Virus record (IMG/VR): IMGVR_UViG_3300025646_000015 | Location: 37,269 to 101,268 of that record | DNA: 64,000 nucleotides | Source: a virus | Direction: 5' to 3' (one strand) | In this document: positions 36,063-46,125 of the stretch, in pieces | How positions within the stretch are numbered: position 1 is the stretch's first letter | Layout of the letters: every line of letters starts with the position of its first letter | Program-made: the position numbers and the translations under genes | The notes under the pieces: generated by a model | What the model was told of the DNA's origin: nothing | Database searches by the model: none | The model's input: the letters and a program-made list of their open reading frames with translations, nothing else

Positions 36063-38009
36063 TTATTTTGCGTTAAAGTTAGTTGATTTAGGTAAAACGG
36101 TAGTTTTTTCCTTTAAAGAAATTTGAGATTTATCGAAAATAGATGATCCTCCAACACTTCCAATTCTTGCATAGTCTGGAAGTTGTGTAGAAACATCTCT
36201 GGATTTCGCTAAAATTTTTGTTGAATTAATTGGAGGTAATAAACCCTGTACATCGTATGTAGAGTCTTCTAATTTTCTTGGATTTGTGTCAGGAATAGAA
36301 AATAAACTTGTATGTTTATATGGATTTGGAAGACCTTGATACCCTGGCTGTCTATGCGCTTTAAGATTGGTTCCAGTATGATTGTCTTTTATTCCGTTTA
36401 AAAGCTTATAAGGAGCTTGATAAAGCAAGGGGAATACAGATTCATCGATTTTTAAATGCTTTCTATTTTTAAAGTAAAAAAACTTATCATTAACATACTG
36501 ACCTGGTGTTCCGCCTAGTGGGAGAAATAATGGAGCAGATAAAGTGTCACTATAAGCTCTAAACTTTAAATTTTGTTTTTCTGTCAAAGTTAATCTATTT
36601 GCTTCTAGAAATGTTTTTGATTTAGAAAGTTTGAAAAAATCAGCATAAGTCACATCCCATTTGAAATTTAAAGATGCACGAGTAGCAACTGGATCAAAAA
36701 GAATATGATTTACTGGAAGATTATTGTAAGTTAGCTCTCGAGCTCCAAAGGCAACTGGAGAATGCAGGGAATAAGAAAAAAATAAAGGTTTTTCTATGTC
36801 AGAAGCAGCCATTCTATGATTTAAAATACTAGCGGCATCTCCTAGTCCTCGATTATTTTCATTAAACTGAATTTCATAATAAACTCCTTTTACTTTGGAC
36901 GCAACAACCTCAAAATCCCAACCAGCAGCAGGAACTATGTAAGCCAATTGAGGAAACGAATGATATTCAACAGGAGATCTAGCAAAACCTTCATGATCTA
37001 CTCCATTAGTGTTATAATCAAAAACCATATTAAGGTTAAATTCTTTAACTTGACCGTATTCAGCCAAGTCTGCAAAATAATTGGCAACGGATTCGTCTAA
37101 GGTGATAACAAATGCTCCTGTGTTGCTAGGTTGTATAGTAAGGGGGATAATAACATCTTGGGTATCAACCGTTCCATCTTTTCCATGAAAAAATATAGAA
37201 GTATAATCTTTAGCCATACCTGTTAATAAACCATTTTCATCTAGATCTCCATGAATCTGTTGAAGCCCAGTAGGCTCTATAAACGTGCGTAAATGAGGTG
37301 GTAGAGGCCTATCATCTCCAGGAATTACAACTTCAAAATCTTGAGAAACATGCTGTAGCGGATAATTTCTATTAACATTAAGATTATTTGGGTGTCTTAA
37401 ATTCCCAACTTCATATTCGTTTGGGGTGCTTGTGGTTTTGATAACAAAATCAGTTTCTATTCCTGCAAGCATATAGTATTGTTTGGAACAAATAGAAAGT
37501 TCTCTGTATTTTTTTTTGTCAGTATAATAACCTTTGTTTTCTAAAAGAGGATATCCACCACCTAAATGGTTTGGCATTTTATTGTGTTCATCCTGACGTT
37601 CTGATAAATCTACATAAATGCCTGTTGCAAAGTTTTGTGTGATTCCAGGTCTTCTATAAGATGTCTGGTCAAACCCGTTTTCATCTTCAAAACTAGTAAA
37701 ATTACCTGGAACTTGTAAATAATTAGATTTAGGTTGAAGTTTAAATGGAAATCCATTAAAATATCCATTTGAAGTAAAAGATTGAGCTGGATACGGAACT
37801 TCTTTGTAAGATGTAAAGTTTCCAAGAGTTAATTGGGGGACTGAATTTGAGCCTTGGAAAAGATATCTTTTTTGCCCAAATTCTGTAGTGGTTGTGGTTG
37901 CTGCTATACTATTTGTAAAACCAGGTGTAGAAACTTCCACAAATGGATTAACTTTATTGCTAGTGGGCGAAGATTTGAATGAAGAATCAGGCTTGCGAAT
38001 TGGTTTCAT
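36063..38009 (-). CDS. large hypothetical (probably virion) protein
   Basis: 648 aa; GTGTAA motif 9 nt upstream. Confidence 0.65.
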   Translation of the reverse strand: MKPIRKPDSSFKSSPTSNKVNPFVEVSTPGFTNSIAATTTTTEFGQKRYLFQGSNSVPQLTLGNFTSYKEVPYPAQSFTSNGYFNGFPFKLQPKSNYLQVPGNFTSFEDENGFDQTSYRRPGITQNFATGIYVDLSERQDEHNKMPNHLGGGYPLLENKGYYTDKKKYRELSICSKQYYMLAGIETDFVIKTTSTPNEYEVGNLRHPNNLNVNRNYPLQHVSQDFEVVIPGDDRPLPPHLRTFIEPTGLQQIHGDLDENGLLTGMAKDYTSIFFHGKDGTVDTQDVIIPLTIQPSNTGAFVITLDESVANYFADLAEYGQVKEFNLNMVFDYNTNGVDHEGFARSPVEYHSFPQLAYIVPAAGWDFEVVASKVKGVYYEIQFNENNRGLGDAASILNHRMAASDIEKPLFFSYSLHSPVAFGARELTYNNLPVNHILFDPVATRASLNFKWDVTYADFFKLSKSKTFLEANRLTLTEKQNLKFRAYSDTLSAPLFLPLGGTPGQYVNDKFFYFKNRKHLKIDESVFPLLYQAPYKLLNGIKDNHTGTNLKAHRQPGYQGLPNPYKHTSLFSIPDTNPRKLEDSTYDVQGLLPPINSTKILAKSRDVSTQLPDYARIGSVGGSSIFDKSQISLKEKTTVLPKSTNFNAK

Positions 38010-38018
38010 ATATGGATA

Positions 38019-39083
38019 TTACACCAAAAACGAAGCCTTTTCAAAAAAATGTGGGCATCCTTGATAAAATTTTTCAGCAAAAATATAATCGTCTGGATAG
38101 TCAGCTTTGTTTTTAATTTTTGTCGAAGCAATGAAATCTCCATCCTTGTTCAAAACATGAAAATATTTCATGGGTAACCTGTGTTCGCAGATATAGCTTT
38201 TTATTTTTTCTCCGTTATTATCAAGAACATATTCGCCTTTTGATTTTTTAAAACCCTCTTTTCCGCACATCAAGGGACCTCCAAAAGTCTTATCGGCTGG
38301 ATAAGACTGGTCTGCTGCAAAATTAGACCGAGCATCTTGTTCAGAAAAATTCTCTAAGTAAGATTGAATTGCGGTTAATTGATGCTCGAAACCATCTAAT
38401 TCTGAAGCAGAGATTTGAGACATTTTTAAGACCCCGTTTCCAGGATTGCCTAAAAGGTCATGAGATAAATCAAATTTAAGAAACAAAAACTCAACATCAA
38501 TATCTTGAACTTTAGGAAATAATTTTTTAACAGCAAGGCAATACATTAAATTTTGAAGATTATCTGTTATCTCTTTACCTTTGAATACTTGTTTGCTTGT
38601 CTTGAAATCTCTAATCAAAGCTTTGCTTTTTCTATTATATAAAAACAACTTGTCAATAAACCCGCGTATTTTATAATTTTTGGTACCATCTTGTATATGA
38701 AAATTAAACTCTTGCTCTGATATGGCATCAGAAGGTTTTAAGTTATTTTTGCCAAAAAAATCATATAGCAATCCTTTGATGATCATTGAATCCATCATTT
38801 CCATGTTTTCCTCATCATTAACTTTAAGTTTTTTTGCATGATAATTAACTAATTTAAAAACAGCTGGAGATACTATTATTGTTCCACTCTTGATGATAGA
38901 TTTGTAATGTTTGTTATGTTTCTTTTTTCCCAATAACTCAAATACTAAATGGCAGATCCAACCTCTACTAGATCCATCATTTCCTTCTTGAGGTAATTTT
39001 AATACATAACTGGTCCAGTATTTCCAAGAGCAGGATTGCGCTGTTTTTATTCTACTTGCAGAAAGATAAACGTCTTTACTCAT
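38019..39083 (-). CDS. PD-(D/E)XK exonuclease (RecB/Cas4-like)
   Basis: LSASRIK...CSWKY, G.ICH..FE, EQEF, GFIDKL, IRDFKTS, Q..MY; C-terminal Cys residues. Confidence 0.85.
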   Translation of the reverse strand: MSKDVYLSASRIKTAQSCSWKYWTSYVLKLPQEGNDGSSRGWICHLVFELLGKKKHNKHYKSIIKSGTIIVSPAVFKLVNYHAKKLKVNDEENMEMMDSMIIKGLLYDFFGKNNLKPSDAISEQEFNFHIQDGTKNYKIRGFIDKLFLYNRKSKALIRDFKTSKQVFKGKEITDNLQNLMYCLAVKKLFPKVQDIDVEFLFLKFDLSHDLLGNPGNGVLKMSQISASELDGFEHQLTAIQSYLENFSEQDARSNFAADQSYPADKTFGGPLMCGKEGFKKSKGEYVLDNNGEKIKSYICEHRLPMKYFHVLNKDGDFIASTKIKNKADYPDDYIFAEKFYQGCPHFFEKASFLV

Positions 39084-40134
39084 AATTAATCAATGTAGTT
39101 TCAAATTTTTTTATTTTTTTAAGAAAATCTTTTGTTGGGTTATTGATTTTATTTTTTGCATATTTTAATACTGAGAAATAATAATTCGAATCAAAGCTTC
39201 TTGAATATTTATTTTTCTTTTCTATCCATTCATTCATTTCCGCTTCATTCATGTCTCCGAAATCATTAGCTAATGGAAGGCAAATTTTTATTTTTTCAAA
39301 ATTAAAATAATTCAAAAGTTTAAAAAAAGATTTAACAGCTCCTTGTTTTCCTGCATTAATTCGTTTATTTAAATCATTATTAAATGATATAAATATATCA
39401 TTAATTTCAAAACTGCACAAATAGGAAATCAAGGACGGAGAGATATCAACTCCAAAACAACATAATACATTAAATATATTGTTTTGATAAAGATTTAATA
39501 CGTCACCTATACTCTCGACTAATATGACAGATTTAGATTCTAAAATATGAGGTCTAGATAAAAGATGTGGATAGATCCATTTTGTTTTGATGCCTATGTG
39601 TTTCCATTTAGGCCTGTTCTCTTTTTCTAACATATCTCTGCCTGAAAAGCCATGGATTTTACCGTAAATATTAAAAATAGGAAAAACAAATCTTTGGTAC
39701 ATTTTTCCTTCGGTGCAAAGACCTCCTTTAAACAACTTTAAAACTTCTGGAGAAATACCTCTGTTTTCATAAAAAACATAATGAGGCAACAATCTCTCTA
39801 GCAACGAATCAGGATAAATTTTTTCCATAGTAATTAATTCTTTTTTTTGAAATTGAACTTCATTATCAAAAGAAAAATCTTTTGATTTTATAAACTTATC
39901 AATTAAATCATCATCATTAGAATTTAATGTTAACTGAACTAACTTTTTGAAAGGCATGAAAGAAGTATTGTTTACATAATCTTTCCAAACTCCAGAATTT
40001 TTATAAATTTGTAATGCTGTTTTATTGTCGCCATTTCTAAATAAAGCATTAGTTTGCCAATAATCTCCTTTGTCTGATAAATCATAACCAAGGGAATTTA
40101 AAGTAGACTCTATATCTATAGTTTGATTATTCAT
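39076..40134 (-). CDS. dnaG: DNA primase (DnaG-like TOPRIM)
   Basis: RFVFPIFN..G.I.GFSGR, PKWK, ILVESIGD, FNND, NDFGD. Confidence 0.85.
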   Translation of the reverse strand: MNNQTIDIESTLNSLGYDLSDKGDYWQTNALFRNGDNKTALQIYKNSGVWKDYVNNTSFMPFKKLVQLTLNSNDDDLIDKFIKSKDFSFDNEVQFQKKELITMEKIYPDSLLERLLPHYVFYENRGISPEVLKLFKGGLCTEGKMYQRFVFPIFNIYGKIHGFSGRDMLEKENRPKWKHIGIKTKWIYPHLLSRPHILESKSVILVESIGDVLNLYQNNIFNVLCCFGVDISPSLISYLCSFEINDIFISFNNDLNKRINAGKQGAVKSFFKLLNYFNFEKIKICLPLANDFGDMNEAEMNEWIEKKNKYSRSFDSNYYFSVLKYAKNKINNPTKDFLKKIKKFETTLINYE

Positions 40135-41654
40135 GAATTGAACAAATCTGGGACGTCACTTTCTCCATCTTGATTTGGAGATATGTCGGCAGTTCTCAAA
40201 TGATCAACTAAATCTCTTAAATCTCCAACTTCAGTAATATTAAAGTTATTGAAATCTAAGCTTATATAATTTCTTTTGAGGGAACCGTCAGCCATTCTAA
40301 CAGGCTCTATTTCTCCCATCGGGTCTTGCCCTAAATGTCTAGATTTAATGTTTGTCAACTTGTGTGTTCCAAAATTCATATCTTCTGCAATTTCAGAAGG
40401 CTCTTTTGTGCGTAATAAAAACATATGAGAACAAAATTGTGTGATCCTATCCGATAAGGATACTACAGTTTCGTCTTCTACAATATTATCTGAAGACCTG
40501 TTTCGACTAGTTCCAATTCTATTCATTTGAACACTTGTCATCATAGAAATTAAAGGTTTATTATCAATTACAATTTCTTTTGATATCAATTTTTTAAATC
40601 TATCAACCATTTCGCCAACGACCTGCCACTCATTCTTGTTAGAACTTTGCTGAAACGTGGTTTTAATATAATCAAAACTAAAAATCATTTGATTTCCCCT
40701 TCCGACTTTAGAGTAATAAAATCTTTTTACAATACTAATCATTTGATCAACGCTCATTCCTCCGCAATTATAATAATAAAACTGCATCCCCTTAAGGGTC
40801 TTCCAAGTCTTTCTTACTTTATTAACAATTTGATCTCCAGCTTGCCTCCATCTGCCACTCTCTAGCAAGCTTAATGGAACTCTAGAAAGAGCCGCACATT
40901 GTCTCATTGTTAATTCTTCTAAGCTCATTTCTCCATTATCAAAATGAAGTATTGGTACATGATTATTCTGCGAGGAAACTTTGGTGCAAAAATCCATACA
41001 GAATTGAGTTTTACCTATACCTGATCTTGCAACTATAACAGTTATATTACCTGGCCTTAATAAGGATCCGTATATTTCGTGCAATCTTTGATGGGGCCCA
41101 GATAAACCAAAATCATCCACAGGATTGTTCCCCCTTTCCTCTATCAACTCTTCCATTGAATCATATATATTAACAGGAATATCTGATCCAGATTCATAAA
41201 AATTTAATTTTCTGTGATATATTTGATCTAAACTTTCAATTACCAAATCATAATCCGAATCCATAGGTAGGGACTGCATCTTTTTAATCATGTCAGAACC
41301 GACATTGCAAAAATCTCTACGTAAAGATAGATTTTTTAAAGCTTTAGCCGTCTCAATAATAGAAGAACTCGAAGTTTTCCTAAGAGAAAGGCTTTGTAGA
41401 TAATCTAAAGGATTTATATTATCCTCAAAATCAATAGATAAGGATTTAATATGTTCAACAATTAAAAATTCATCAAAACTTTTACCTTTGTTTATAAAAT
41501 ATTTAATTGCTAGAAATATAGTGCGATTTGTCTTGCTATACTCTGTATAAAAATCATTTTCATCTATCAAATGAGCTATATCAAGATAAATGTTGGGATG
41601 TTGAAGTATGCCGCTAATAAAATGCTGTTCTAATTCGTAATTATATAATTGCAT
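40131..41654 (-). CDS. dnaB: replicative DNA helicase DnaB
   Basis: N-terminal ELEQ..I..IL domain, ARSGIGKT Walker A, EMS, FDYIK, QMNR, KSRH. Confidence 0.9.
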   Translation of the reverse strand: MQLYNYELEQHFISGILQHPNIYLDIAHLIDENDFYTEYSKTNRTIFLAIKYFINKGKSFDEFLIVEHIKSLSIDFEDNINPLDYLQSLSLRKTSSSSIIETAKALKNLSLRRDFCNVGSDMIKKMQSLPMDSDYDLVIESLDQIYHRKLNFYESGSDIPVNIYDSMEELIEERGNNPVDDFGLSGPHQRLHEIYGSLLRPGNITVIVARSGIGKTQFCMDFCTKVSSQNNHVPILHFDNGEMSLEELTMRQCAALSRVPLSLLESGRWRQAGDQIVNKVRKTWKTLKGMQFYYYNCGGMSVDQMISIVKRFYYSKVGRGNQMIFSFDYIKTTFQQSSNKNEWQVVGEMVDRFKKLISKEIVIDNKPLISMMTSVQMNRIGTSRNRSSDNIVEDETVVSLSDRITQFCSHMFLLRTKEPSEIAEDMNFGTHKLTNIKSRHLGQDPMGEIEPVRMADGSLKRNYISLDFNNFNITEVGDLRDLVDHLRTADISPNQDGESDVPDLFNS

Positions 41655-41660
41655 ATAAAT

Positions 41661-41692
41661 AGCATTCTAGCATGAATGCTCAAGAATGTAAA
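41661..41692 (-). promoter_or_regulatory. sigma70 promoter of dnaB with an inverted repeat over the -10
   Basis: TTTACA-17 nt-TAGAAT with TGn; AGCATTC-N6-GAATGCT at 41661-41680. Confidence 0.65.
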
Positions 41693-41699
41693 GAAGAAT

Positions 41700-41960
41700 T
41701 TACAGATTTTCTGAAATATCAATGGAAGCTTCTCCTTCTTCCATTTGTATCAAATATTTCTCTAGAGATTTGCGAAGACCCATTTCTACTATTTGAGAGC
41801 TATATTTTGATATAACCATAGCTCTACCAGAATCATCCACATAACTTAATACAAAACCAGAATTGCCTTTATTATCGCCAGTGAATTCATACAACTTTTC
41901 TAAGAAATTGTTAGGCATTTCAAATTTGGATTCAAATATTTTGTTTTTATCATTGTCCAT
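41700..41960 (-). CDS. hypothetical protein
   Basis: GTGTAT motif 11 nt upstream of ATG. Confidence 0.65.
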   Translation of the reverse strand: MDNDKNKIFESKFEMPNNFLEKLYEFTGDNKGNSGFVLSYVDDSGRAMVISKYSSQIVEMGLRKSLEKYLIQMEEGEASIDISENL

Positions 41961-42001
41961 CTATATATAGTATACACCATATCGAAAGTATTAAACTTAA
42001 A

Positions 42002-42412
42002 TTATAAATCCAAGCCAAGATTTATGAATAAATCCTTATTTATTTCATCAGAATCGTAAATCTCAAAAAAATTTATTGCATTAATTTTGCAAAATTCAAT
42101 TTTTTGCTTGTCTCTTCTTATTTGATCTAAATAATTAATCTTATTTCCTTTGTGAAAATAGGGGACATACTTTCTGTGTTGAACTCCCTGCACTTCTATG
42201 ACAATAGATTTTGAGGCATTATAAAAATCAAAAGAAAGTTTTGTTCCTGCTACTGGAAATTCTTCAAAGACCACATTGTTTGACCAATAATCTTTTAAAA
42301 ATTGTTTGACTTTAAATTGTATTTTGCTTCTGCTTGAAGCATCCCAGTCTATTAAATAATTTTTAATTTTTGGAACTCGCTTAAATGAACCATGCAATGT
42401 TTTAAATTTCAT
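42002..42412 (-). CDS. Vsr/DUF559-like PD-(D/E)XK endonuclease
   Basis: EEF, DFY, IEVQG.QH, D..K..FC..N.I...I. Confidence 0.75.
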   Translation of the reverse strand: MKFKTLHGSFKRVPKIKNYLIDWDASSRSKIQFKVKQFLKDYWSNNVVFEEFPVAGTKLSFDFYNASKSIVIEVQGVQHRKYVPYFHKGNKINYLDQIRRDKQKIEFCKINAINFFEIYDSDEINKDLFINLGLDL

Positions 42413-43493
42413 TAAATGATTTTTCGAAATGAGAAAGTATTAAGTCGAAGAAATTTTTATTTTCTTCAATGAAAGATAAAAGTTTATTTTCACCTTGTAT
42501 TTTTTCTGGACAATCTATTTTTGATTCTTTGCACAAATCAATTATTTCGGCGTCAAAAGAAATCCATGCACCTTTTTGATCTATATATCCCCACAATTTC
42601 ATTATATCGATCAATTCTCTTTCTCTCCATATGCTGTTACCATTTTTTCTTCCATAACGAATTGGGTATCTAACTACAGATCCAGTTTTTTCATTAACAC
42701 TTTTTCTAAAAGCGATTTTGCAAAAATGTCCAATAGGATTTCCTTTATCTTCTATTTTAGAGGCGCTAGGATTAGAATATATAATATCATTAGAATATCT
42801 TTCTTGAAACTCAAGAATGAAGTTTGCATAATGTTTTACAGCATTACCTCCAGCTTGCTTAACTTTAGGACCAGTTCTGCTTGCGTAAGGATTCGCTGCA
42901 ACCTCTACCCTGACTTGAGAAGTGAGTATCATCATATGACCCATTTTAGTGATAGGCAAAACCATTTTCTTTAAAAATACGGATGTGACTAATGCTCCTC
43001 CTGCGACCTGCTCGCTTTCATCAAAAGGTTTATCAAAGTCACCTATGCGACATAATGCATCAACACTGTCAATTATGAATAAAAACTTTTTGCCTTCTTC
43101 ATTCTCTTCAACCAATGTTCTAATTAATTGAAAAACTTTTTCAAAAATATTACAATCAAATCTAAAGAATTTTTCTTCAGAAGTATCAACTCCAGTTCGA
43201 ATTAATAATTCTGGAGCCAATCTACCTTCGCTTCTAACATAAATAACCATAGCTTTGTCTCCAAAATGATTTTGGAAATTTCTAGCTACTGTTAATGCAC
43301 AGCTTGTTTTTCCACCTTCATTAACCCCTGTAAATCTGTGAGCTCCAGAAGGAAATCCTCCGCCTAATGCTAAGTCAAGGTTGATGCTTCCTGAGGGTAT
43401 TTTGTAATCTTCTTCCTCGCAAAAATTATAATGATAATTTTTATTAGATTTGTCTTGCAAGAACTTATTTATAATAGCAATTGATTCACTCAT
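42402..43493 (-). CDS. recA: RecA/UvsX-like recombinase
   Basis: PSGS..LD.ALGGGFP, G.NEGGKTS, IIDSV, SQVR, GGNA.KHYA, KGAW. Confidence 0.9.
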   Translation of the reverse strand: MSESIAIINKFLQDKSNKNYHYNFCEEEDYKIPSGSINLDLALGGGFPSGAHRFTGVNEGGKTSCALTVARNFQNHFGDKAMVIYVRSEGRLAPELLIRTGVDTSEEKFFRFDCNIFEKVFQLIRTLVEENEEGKKFLFIIDSVDALCRIGDFDKPFDESEQVAGGALVTSVFLKKMVLPITKMGHMMILTSQVRVEVAANPYASRTGPKVKQAGGNAVKHYANFILEFQERYSNDIIYSNPSASKIEDKGNPIGHFCKIAFRKSVNEKTGSVVRYPIRYGRKNGNSIWRERELIDIMKLWGYIDQKGAWISFDAEIIDLCKESKIDCPEKIQGENKLLSFIEENKNFFDLILSHFEKSFNEI

Positions 43494-43824
43494 ATTTTAA
43501 GAATTGTTTAATTGTTTTAGGTTTAGAAGAAGTTTTGTAATCATCTCCACACTTAGGCCCCAATGTTATATTCTCTGTTTTCTTGGGCTTATATCTAAAT
43601 TCATTGATTTTTTTTTTCAAAATAGATTCCCCGAACTCTGTTTTAAAGTAAAGCAGTGAATCAAATTTTTTATTAAATTTTAAATTTGTCCAGAAATCTT
43701 CTGAATTAAAAAGTGAAAGTATTTCGTTTAAGAATTTCATTTCTCTTGCCCAAAATCCTCTTACGTTAGACTTGGGTTTGTCGACTAAATTTTCAATAAT
43801 TTTTTTCTTTTTTGTGTGTTTCAA
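43486..43824 (-). CDS. hypothetical protein
   Basis: probable TTG start at 43824; coupled to recA. Confidence 0.55.
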   Translation of the reverse strand: MKHTKKKKIIENLVDKPKSNVRGFWAREMKFLNEILSLFNSEDFWTNLKFNKKFDSLLYFKTEFGESILKKKINEFRYKPKKTENITLGPKCGDDYKTSSKPKTIKQFLKYE

Positions 43825-43828
43825 AATT

Positions 43829-45070
43829 TTAATATAAATCAATTGAATTTTTAGATGTGTTATAGTAATAGCAAACTTCTCGATTTCCATAAGTAGAATC
43901 ATAAACCTCATCAATAATAAATTTTTTGTTAGTATTATCGAAAGATTTGGCAGAAGGTTTTGAATTGAATCCATTATTGAAGTCTAGGAAATTTCTATTA
44001 ATGATAAAGCTGGAAGAATTTAAATATTCATAAAAAACACTATTACTTTCCATCGAAGAAACTTTTGAAAAAATATTTGTAAATTCAATTTCAGACATAT
44101 CTTTAGTTAAGTATATGAATTTTCCACTAGACCAGTAGCAGAATGTATTATAATCACTAGAATCAATATCATTGAAAAAAGATAATATCACTTTATTAGA
44201 AGAAAGTAAAGAATAAAAATTATTCTTAAAAAAATGAATGATTTCGTATTGATCTCTTATATTAAAGTAAAAAATGAAATTACAAGATGGTTTTATCAAG
44301 TCAAAATCATGAAAATTTTTTAATATGATTTTTTTTGATTCGCTACTAAAATTTAAGAAAAGAAAGCAAAAAGACAGGAAGCTTTGAGAGTTTTGATTCT
44401 TTGCGTATATTAAATAATTTTTTCGTTCATTGATTTTTGAAGCAACTTTATGATGCAAATGAAATCCTATAATTTCTGGAACAATAAAATGTTGATTGTT
44501 TGCAAGTTTATTATTAATAAAATCAAAATCCTCCCAGCCCCAGCCTTCAAATTTTTCATCGAATCCTTTTGATTGAGTGAATAATTTATTGCTAACTATA
44601 AAAGAATACTTCCCAAAATGATCACTGTACCTGAGTGGATTCATGGGCGAGCCCAAAACCTTTCCTTTTAGAAAATTTTTAGTTTGAGATTCTGTAAAAT
44701 TATAAACTCTATCAAAAGGTTTTACCAAATCTTCCCCATTAATGTAACTAATGATAAGCTCAAAAGGCAAGAATACATCTGCATCTAAAAACCAAAGGTA
44801 ATGAGTTTTAGACAAATTAGCAGCAATATTATATAATTTAGATTTTTTAAAAAATTTAGAATCTGATAAATATTTAACATGTTTATAATTCAAACTTTCA
44901 CTTGCATCAAGAATAATAGATTCTTCGATTTCTTTGTGAAAAATTTGTTCAACTAAAATAAGATTTATTTTAGATTTTATTACTTGAGAAATTATAAAAT
45001 CTAAATTTCTTTTGCGATCTTTGTGCGAGTTTTTAAATGCTATTATTATTGTATAATTATCAGAAGTCAT
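43829..45070 (-). CDS. GT2/GT7C-type glycosyltransferase
   Basis: R.RNL, LVEQ, KS.LYN, FLDAD, GFDEKFEGWGWED, HLHH. Confidence 0.8.
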   Translation of the reverse strand: MTSDNYTIIIAFKNSHKDRKRNLDFIISQVIKSKINLILVEQIFHKEIEESIILDASESLNYKHVKYLSDSKFFKKSKLYNIAANLSKTHYLWFLDADVFLPFELIISYINGEDLVKPFDRVYNFTESQTKNFLKGKVLGSPMNPLRYSDHFGKYSFIVSNKLFTQSKGFDEKFEGWGWEDFDFINNKLANNQHFIVPEIIGFHLHHKVASKINERKNYLIYAKNQNSQSFLSFCFLFLNFSSESKKIILKNFHDFDLIKPSCNFIFYFNIRDQYEIIHFFKNNFYSLLSSNKVILSFFNDIDSSDYNTFCYWSSGKFIYLTKDMSEIEFTNIFSKVSSMESNSVFYEYLNSSSFIINRNFLDFNNGFNSKPSAKSFDNTNKKFIIDEVYDSTYGNREVCYYYNTSKNSIDLY

Positions 45071-46073
45071 CCTCTAGCGAGCCGCTTTGTTGATATTCTC
45101 TAACTCTGCGTTCAAAAAAGTTTCCCATTGCTTGCACATCTACAACTTCACCGAGCCATGGAAATGGGTTATTATCACTTGGAAAACGATATTCCAATCC
45201 AATGGCTTCAAGTCGACGATTGCCAATATAATGCATATAGTCAACAAACATTTCTGCATTTAATCCTAGTATCCCTGTAGGTAATACATCATGGGCATAT
45301 GAAATTTCTAATTCAACAGCCTTTTTAATGTGTTCTGTAAATTCTTCTTGAATCGCTTTGGTCCATATACTTGGATTTTGCTCGATCAAAGTATTAATTA
45401 AGTATGTTCCAAATGCAATATGAGAACTTTCATCACGAAGTGTGTATTTGATTTGATCTGAAATGCCCTGCAATTTATTTTGCCTACCCAAAGCTAATAA
45501 CATAGCAAATCCGCTAAAGAAAAATGTGCCTTCACATACAATCCAATAAGTCAAGAAATTTCTAAGGATCTCTTGCTTTCCTGATTTAGTATGAGGATCA
45601 AAATCTTGACGACTAATATCATCAGTAATACTCATAAGAAAATCGTCCTTAGCTTTAATGCTAGGAATGTTTTCATATGCAGCAAAAACTTCTTCTACAT
45701 TAAGATCTAAGCTATCACATATATATACTACCGTGAGGTTGTGAAGACTTTCCTCAAAGGCTTGACGCAATATGTATTGACGACATTCAGCATCTGTAAT
45801 AAAACGGAAAGCGGATAGTAGCAAATTATTGCCAACAAGAGACTCAGATCCAGCAAAAAACCCAAGGCAGCGTTTAACAAGTAATTTTTCATCATCTGTA
45901 ATTTCATTGTTTTTCCATTGTTGAATATCGTTTTGCATGGATATTTCTGTTGGCATCCAATTATTTGCACAACTTTTAAGAAATAAGTCCCATGCATATT
46001 TATGTTTGTGTGGGAGTATTCGATTGACTCCTGCGATATTTTTAGTTAAAAGTTCTCCTGTTTTGTCGCTCAT
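45060..46073 (-). CDS. nrdB: ribonucleotide reductase small subunit, class Ic (R2c)-like
   Basis: ANNWMP.E, FF..SESLVGNN (Glu first ligand), EESLHNLTV (Val at the radical-Tyr site), EG.FF.SGF, RDE..H, NFFE.RV.EYQ; start ATG 46073. Confidence 0.92.
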   Translation of the reverse strand: MSDKTGELLTKNIAGVNRILPHKHKYAWDLFLKSCANNWMPTEISMQNDIQQWKNNEITDDEKLLVKRCLGFFAGSESLVGNNLLLSAFRFITDAECRQYILRQAFEESLHNLTVVYICDSLDLNVEEVFAAYENIPSIKAKDDFLMSITDDISRQDFDPHTKSGKQEILRNFLTYWIVCEGTFFFSGFAMLLALGRQNKLQGISDQIKYTLRDESSHIAFGTYLINTLIEQNPSIWTKAIQEEFTEHIKKAVELEISYAHDVLPTGILGLNAEMFVDYMHYIGNRRLEAIGLEYRFPSDNNPFPWLGEVVDVQAMGNFFERRVREYQQSGSLEDDF

Positions 46074-46087
46074 AATTATATAAAACG

Positions 46088-46116
46088 ATAATAACACATA
46101 TTAGGACCATTTGCAA
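46088..46116 (-). promoter_or_regulatory. sigma70 promoter of nrdB
   Basis: TTGCAA-17 nt-TATTAT with TGn. Confidence 0.6.
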
Positions 46117-46125
46117 GAAAAAAAA

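Noticed and set aside
38019-39083. Cas4 as part of a CRISPR-Cas system
   Set aside because: No repeat-spacer array or other cas genes seen; replication context fits a phage RecB-like exonuclease.
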